This document shows, piece after piece, positions 24,871 through 37,852 of a stretch of 37,852 nt of DNA. Source of the stretch: Collodictyon triciliatum (Eukaryota); NCBI GenBank assembly GCA_043381765.1, contig JBHJMP010000924.1, positions 1 to 37,852 of the forward strand, given 5' to 3'. Each line of letters opens with the position of its first letter. Within the stretch, counting starts at the first letter, position 1. Under the pieces are notes generated by a model, which saw only the letters and a program-made list of their open reading frames with translations, did not search any database and had not been told where the DNA came from. The translations under genes were made by a program, and so were the position numbers.

Positions 24871-27000
24871 ATGGCCGAAAGCAACCAAGGGCTGCGTGCT
24901 CGTCAGCAGCAAACAGAAAACATCGCCAAAGTCCGAGTTATTCTAGAACGCGTTCAAGGTAAGTTATGCTGTGCTATTTAAAAGAAAGTTGGTATGAAAG
25001 TAGAATGAGGGGAACCCTTTTTCAAAAGGCTCTCTATCATTCTTCAAATTGGTATTAGAGCTGTATATGAAAAGGACTCTATATCTTTAGGTGAATCCGA
25101 GCTACCACAGCTTAACAAGAGACTAGAAGAAAGTGAAAAAGTGATGGAACATGGTATGCGGTCAAGTTTTCGACATATTCGTGTGTTTTTCTCTTTATTC
25201 TCTTTTATTCTTTTTATTATCTTTATTCTTTTATTTTTATTCTCTTTATTCTCTTTATTTTATTATTCTTTTTATTCTCTTTATTATATTTATTCTTTTT
25301 ATTTTTATTCTCTTTATTCTTTTATTCTTTGTATTCTTTTATTCGATTCAAAGCTTTTGTATTCTTCTCTATTCGTGGATTATTATCCCATTTCTTTCTA
25401 TGTATCATTGGTATCGCTTACTTAATATCAAAATGACGTAACCATATTTCATCAAAGCTACATCCGCACCGGAAATCCTCGTCGATGTTAAGATAGCACT
25501 TGCCGTGGCAAAAAAAGGCCTTGACAATGCCCAGAACATAGAGACACAAGTGGATTCGGTGACTCTCCCTGAATTCATCACCAACTTAGCTGCCAAACTA
25601 TTAAGCACTACAGAAGAAAGCTCGTCCCGTTCAAAGAAATACACAACTCAGTTGATTCAGAAAAAATGGACCGAAATAGGACAGGTAGCGAGCCCGCTTG
25701 TCGCTAGGTCGCCGAGATATTCGTGCTTGTAGGAGTTGCATCAATTATTTTTTTAAAAAAATTATTCTCTAATAGAATTGTAATTCATTTACATATTCAC
25801 TACGTCGTCACATCGTTCATCTGTTTCCATAATGCATTCAATGTTTTGCTCTCATTATGCATGGTAATGTATGTTTGTACTTCAGAAGAAGGGTGATGCC
25901 CTGATGATAGATCTATTTAATCATCCTTGCACGCAGGCTCCCTTTCATCTTTTCTGAAAAACCACCAGAAAGGAAGAAACCTGCTCCAAGAACAGCCTCA
26001 ACATCAAACCCTGTGCCCGTTGTTTCTGTCTCTGGACCGAAGAATTCATCAGAAAAGAATGAGGAACAGTCGAGTGGAAATGAGATGAGAAATAGAACAA
26101 GTTACATATCCAGAGAGTTGGCGAAGTATGACAAGATCTCTTTTCCAAGGTTTGTGGTCGACCCCACTTCCTACGTTAATACAGTTGAAAATATGTTCCA
26201 CTTGTCCTTTGTAATCCGTAACGGGGCTGCAGAACTCGTTGTGGAAGATGAGGAATCTTTTCTTGGTTAGACTTATTAGTATAATAGGATATGTATTTCC
26301 TTTGCACAAAAAGACAAATCTGTGAAAGATTATGGTTTTTATTCTGGGAAACTATGAGAACGAATGACTGTGTTCTATCTTCGAAAGGTATTCAAAATCA
26401 CTGAAGCATGCCTTTGTTATTATTAAATAGTTTCAAAAATGGACCAGCGAAAAGGAAACGCAAGTCAAGGAAACTTGAACTTCAAGCAAATCGTCATACG
26501 CCTTGATTATGAAACATGGGAGGTATGAAATGTGGACATTCTTTTACATGGCCTTTTTTTTATTCTATGAGGTGCATACGATTTGAGAAAGCCCACTGCA
26601 TTGATGTAAAAAGAAAAGGAAAATAATCATGAAAATCTTATAGGAGATGTCAAGAAGGTATCCGCAGAGGATATTGGACCCGTGGATGCCATCCAAGGAA
26701 TATTTACGACAAATAGGCCTCTCTGAGAGAGTGTTTCAGGAACTCACAGAGAACCTAACCCCTGTCTCCAAGATGAAGAAGATACAAGACATGGAACGCT
26801 CCGCCCGTCAGAGACGAGAGCCATCGCCCGAGATTCATCGCAGGAAAAGGCCTTTGGATACAACTTCAGCAAGCAAACCGGCCACGAAGAGGCCACTCAC
26901 TCCCGTGCCTGATGAAGAGGATGACGAAGACGAAGAGGAGGAAGAAGAAGACGAGGAGGAGGAGGAGGAGGAGGAGGAGGAAGAAGAAGAAGACGAATAA
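24871..27000 (+). CDS. NSE4: Non-SMC element 4 (kleisin subunit of SMC5/6)
   Basis: Nse4_C signature FVVDPTSYVNTVENMFHLSFVIRNG followed by QIVIRLDYETWE. Six exons join in phase with GT-AG introns; acidic tail. Confidence 0.88.
25187..25345. repeat. Degenerate (TTCTCTTTA)n repeat in NSE4 intron 2
   Basis: Directly visible, imperfect. Confidence 0.8.
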
Positions 27001-27215
27001 GATTAAAGGCATCAGTCCTGTGTCTTGCCTCTTCATTTTCAGCTGGCTCCTTATATATATATATTTCGCTTCTCTACAATCAATCCTTTTGCTGCGTTGC
27101 AGTCGGGTCTATTGATGCCTCGACTCTCCAATGAATCAGATAAAGGAAAAACTCAAAGACACGGACCGAAACCAACACACACATCTTGATCCGATCAGAG
27201 GCTCTGCGTTTCTGC

Positions 27216-29047
27216 ATGGCAGACGTCTTTGTTGCATATGAGACAGAGTTTTTGTCGATCAAAACAGCGCTTGGCCGGGTTTTCGAGGCAGTCGTGCGTG
27301 AAACAGGCGGTAAGAGACTTTCACTTTGGAGCGAACGTTTTGATTTCGTACGGCTGAAAATGATTTGTGCTTTTATGCCATGATTTTTTCTGTCTTTTTC
27401 TTTTCCTTTTTTTTTCTCTTTTTCATCTATTTTTCTTTTTTTTCTTTTTTTCTCTTTTTTCTCTTTTTTCTCTTTTTTCTCTTTTTTCTCTTTTTTCTCT
27501 TTTTTCTCTTTTTTCTCTTTTCTTTTCTTTTTTTCTCTTTTTCTCTTTTTCTTTTTTCCTCTTTATTCTTTTCTTTTTTTTTCATCTTTTTTATTTTCTT
27601 TTCTTTCTTTTCTTTCTTTTCTCTCCTATTTATTTAACATAATACTGCAAGGAAGATTGTTTTAATTATTTTTAACAGGATAATAAATATATATTTGTGT
27701 GTGTATTCTGAGAGCAGAACGGCGCAAAGTCACACTCAAAAAGGCTGAGAAGGACATCCAGGAGCTAGAGAGCATTGTAAGAAAACATCATCGGCTCAAT
27801 CATCACGATTTGATATAAATACACCCACACACGATAGCATACCTCCATGACCAAATCTTTAGTCCACACATTCCCAATCATCTTCCACATATCTACACTT
27901 TCCATACCCAGGCTAAAATATTTACTCGCCTTCCTGATTAATTGCTATATAATATATTACCTTTATATATGTATCAATTCAAAGCAAAAAGAAAAGTTTC
28001 CCTTATCGCCAAGTATCATCTATAACCTCGATTTTTTCCAGCTCCAATCGATGGACTTGGATGTCCGTGCAAGTACGGGAGAGGCAAAAGCAAAGCGAAG
28101 CACCGCACTGCAAGGATATAAAAACGACCTAGTTCAGATAAAAGCAAGTTATCGCAAAGCCATTCTTTCAGCCGACCAGAGTGAAGCGCGAGACAAATTA
28201 TTTGCAGAATCCGGCATTGAAATGACGGTACAAACCTTTCCAATATTCAGTTTGGCGTTGAAGTAAAAAAAAAAATAATCTGTCATTCGCACTTCGTAGT
28301 TGATGATATTATTCGCGAATTATTATTTTTAGAAAAATAATAAATTTTTGACTAAAATTTTTTATTCCTATTTCTATATTCCTATTTCTATTCTATTCCT
28401 ATTTTTATTATACTCCTATTTCTATTCTATTCCTTATTTACACGCAACTATCGCATCTGCCGCCACCACAGGACATGGCAACCGACCAGCGGCAGCGGCT
28501 TCTTGTGACCGAGGCCAAAGTCAACAAAACAACCCGGGCGCTGGACCAAGTGCACCGCGTAGCCTTGGAAACCGAAGAAATCGGCACATCCATCCTGTCC
28601 GACCTGTCTGAGCAGCGGGCAACACTCATGCGGGCCAAAGAAAGCGTACTCACAAACCCCATCACAACACAGGCCCTACCACCAAACCATGTCTTTTCCA
28701 TCCCTGATTCAAAGAGAGAGAGACATGAAGAGAGGAAGGAATGGAGAAAAAAACACTTAACAGCAGAGCCGCGCTACAAAAACACTGATACATTCAGTCT
28801 TTTCTTTTTTCTTTTTTTTTTATTATCGCCCCCAATAGAAAGAAAAGAAAAGGACACGGGATATTAAGATTTAATTATCTTTGTTGCAATGCAGTTGGAC
28901 CACGCAAACGACAATATCGCCCGCGCTCGCACCATAGTCAGCTCCATGGGGCGGCGCATGGTCACAAACAAACTTCTGCTCTACTTTGTCATCTTCATCC
29001 TGCTCGGCTCCATCTCCCTCATCATCTACTACAAGTTCATAGCCTAG
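27216..29047 (+). CDS. VTI1: Qb-SNARE Vti1
   Basis: N-terminus MADVFVAYETEF, LQSMDLDVR, SNARE motif DQRQRLL...RVALETEEIGTSILSDLSEQRATL, and MGRRMVTNK followed by a C-terminal transmembrane helix; 5 exons. Confidence 0.95.
27385..27625. repeat. Pyrimidine repeat (TTTTTCTCT)n in VTI1 intron 1
   Basis: Directly visible. Confidence 0.9.
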
Positions 29048-29362
29048 TCCAGCAGCGCGGGTGTCCAGACAAAACACACACCTATACATGCGCACAAATA
29101 CAATCGAGACCCAAGTCTGTATCTCCCGCACAGTCGACCCCATCACCAGCGTAGACACAAGGACGTGTCATTGGGTAGTTTTCACCGAAAGAACACAAGA
29201 AAAAATAAATAAATAAATAGACTAGTATCTACCTCTCTCGTCTGGTGAAGATTGGTATCCATGTCGGTGGGCTGATATGACAAGACATGGGAGAGGCACG
29301 GGTGTGAAACAGAGATAAATGCGGGGTTGTTTTAGCTGGGAAGAGACTCACTTTATTCACGT

Positions 29363-29879
29363 TTATTTCTTCTTGGCGGCAGCAGAGGCAGTGTGCTTCT
29401 TCACACCACGGACCTTCTTGGCGCGATTCTTGCGCTCCTTGCGTTGCTTGCGTCCAGTCTGCTCCTTCTTGACAAGACCAGCACGAACTTGGCGGTACTT
29501 GGGCTCGAACTTGGTGTAGGCGTCCATGCTGTCGTAGATGAGGGCAAAGCCAGTGGAACGGCCTCCTCCGAACTTGGTGGAGAAGCCAAAGAGCGAGACG
29601 CGGTTGGGGTTGTCAACCTTGTAGAGGGCAGCAAGCTTGTCACGGAGCTCGTTCTTGGAGACGTTGGGGCGACCGGGATGGATCACTTCAACGATCTGAG
29701 TGAGGTGTCAGATAGTTATACTCTGGTTGCACCTGACAGAACTGCTAGGTTGAGTAATAACGGAGTGGTGCCTGAGATCGATCAGGGCGTGGGTGGGAAC
29801 GTACCATCTGCTTGCGGGAGAGGAGGCGGTTGGTCATGAACTTGCGAGTGCGCAAGGTGATATTTGCTGGGGTGGACAT
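29363..29879 (-). CDS. RPS24: 40S ribosomal protein S24 (eS24)
   Basis: Exon 29879-29805 ([25 protein letters not shown]), GT-AG intron 29804-29696, exon 29695-29363 (HPGRPNVSK...[14 protein letters not shown]...KNRAKKVRG). Confidence 0.98.
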
Positions 29880-30131
29880 CTACAAATGTTGAGGAGGTTT
29901 GAGTGGCCGGATCGAGAGAATAAAAAAAAAAAAGAAAAAGGGGGGACTGGTTGTGTCGTTTGGGAAGCATTGTGGGATAAGGGTGTAGTTTGAGTGGCTG
30001 GAGAATTTCTGTTCAACGATCGGTATGCGGTCTAATCAGGACCAGACGGCGAGCGATCGGAAAGTTCTTATGAGGAGTTTTCTGGTTGGGATTAGCGGAG
30101 TCCCGATCAGAACGAAGGTATCAGCAGTTCT

Positions 30132-30865
30132 TCAAGAGCTGCGAAAAAAGGCTCCCAGTTCTGGTCTCATAGTAGCAAATTTCGTGGGTGATCGAATTTT
30201 TGGAGATTGTGGAGCATCATCCGGTTTGGGAAACACCAGCTCTGTTTCTCTGGATGGTATCGATACCATTGGGTGGTTGAGAGTTAGAGTTGGTTCGACT
30301 GCTGGTTTTGTATCATCTCCAAGTTGGCAATGTTCCCTGACTGCGCATATCAGCACCATTTATCATAGCCAGTCTTCCTTGTGTTTGGGGACGATTCGTG
30401 TGTATTACTGGGTGCCACCGTGGACAGCATGGTTTCTTTCGTATGCCACAATGTAACCTCCGAAAGCCCAAACAACCGCCCGGCAGAGCAAAGAATACAG
30501 GGTCTCACCTCAAGGCGTTGAAGTGGGTGTAGTGAGGGATGGACTATGGCAGGAGGGACTCTTTACCTTCTATGTGTTCCTGTCGAGCAAACAGAGGCGG
30601 CGTAACTCCACTGGGGAATGGCAAGAAATTAGGATTGAAAGAGGATTCTGATCCACCACACAAACGCACAGATCAAATTTGCAAGATTTTTTTGTGATTT
30701 GGCATCGATACTTTCAATTTGGGTAAAGATCGATCTTTACGTTTATGGTATGTTTATTCCAATCGGGTCGTATGGGCACCGACAAAGCGTCTTGAAACAA
30801 ATAAGAAAATCGATATCCCGGAAAGGCGCCTGTAAACCGCATCCCACATAAAGCAACGAAGAAAA
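30132..30865 (-). CDS. Putative exons: either C-terminal exons of the VPS9 gene or a separate small unknown gene
   Basis: In-phase GT-AG-bounded segments (FMWDAVYRRLSG..., ...FARQEHIE, GETLYSLLCRAVVWAFGG..., ...RPELGAFFRSS*). No recognisable family. Confidence 0.35.
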
Positions 30866-31055
30866 TGACTGGGAGCATATCAAATAGAGGGAAAATTGTA
30901 GCGGTTCGTTCTTATATATATTGGTTTTTAAGGAAAAAAAAAGGATTGTCCGAGTCAGTAAGTATGCTTGAGTCTTTTGATTCCCTAATCGGCGGAAATA
31001 ATAATTAAAAAAAAGAAAAGAAAACCTGGAGAGTCCAGCGAGGTTTATGAGTTTT

Positions 31056-37530
<6,475 letters not shown>

Positions 37531-37588
37531 CTGATACGTGTTTGCGAGGCGGTTTTTTTTCTTAGGGAAACCAAAACAAGATGAACGT

Positions 37589-37852
37589 TTTTTTCTTTTT
37601 TTCTTTTTTTTCTTTTTTTCTTTTTTTCTTTTTTTTCTTTTTTTTCTTTTTTTCTTTTTTTCTTTTTTTCTTTTTTTCTTTTTTTTCTTTTTTTTCTTTT
37701 TTTCTTTTTTTTCTTTTTTTTCTTTTTTTTTTTTTTTCTTTTTTTCTTTTTTTTTTTTTTTCTTTTTTTTTTTTTTCTTTTTTTTCTTTTTTTCTTTTTT
37801 TCTTTTTTTTCTTTTTTTCTTTTTTTTCTTTTTTTTCTTTTTTTTCTTTTTT
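37589..37852. repeat. (T7C)n-like pyrimidine repeat at the window edge
   Basis: Directly visible. Confidence 0.95.

Noticed and set aside
29393-29839. 148-aa plus-strand ORF
   Set aside because: Antisense shadow of the codon-biased RPS24.

Overview
A 37.9-kb, AT-rich, gene-dense and very intron-rich eukaryotic (protist-like) genomic fragment in the standard genetic code, with one assembly gap (34906-35643). Manual splicing gives nine multi-exon genes: NEK kinase (+), EXO1 (+), a large LRR protein (-), a BAR-domain protein (-), an SGNH/PC-esterase-type membrane protein (-), NSE4 (+), VTI1 (+), RPS24 (-) and a VPS9-domain Rab GEF (-). Most entries in the ORF track are exon fragments or microsatellite translations. 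The most notable signal is in the splicing. The conserved reading frames of NEK and EXO1 are restored by minor-spliceosome (U12-type) AT-AC introns with ATATCC donors and CCTTGAC branch points. The EXO1 intron is atypical: it holds a ~770-bp microsatellite, and its branch point lies ~80 nt upstream of the AC, across a pyrimidine tract with no AC or AG. Several more U12-like GT donors occur. Several start codons directly follow YAG acceptors, in co-directional genes only 200-350 bp apart. Exon models were made by eye and need RNA-seq confirmation.
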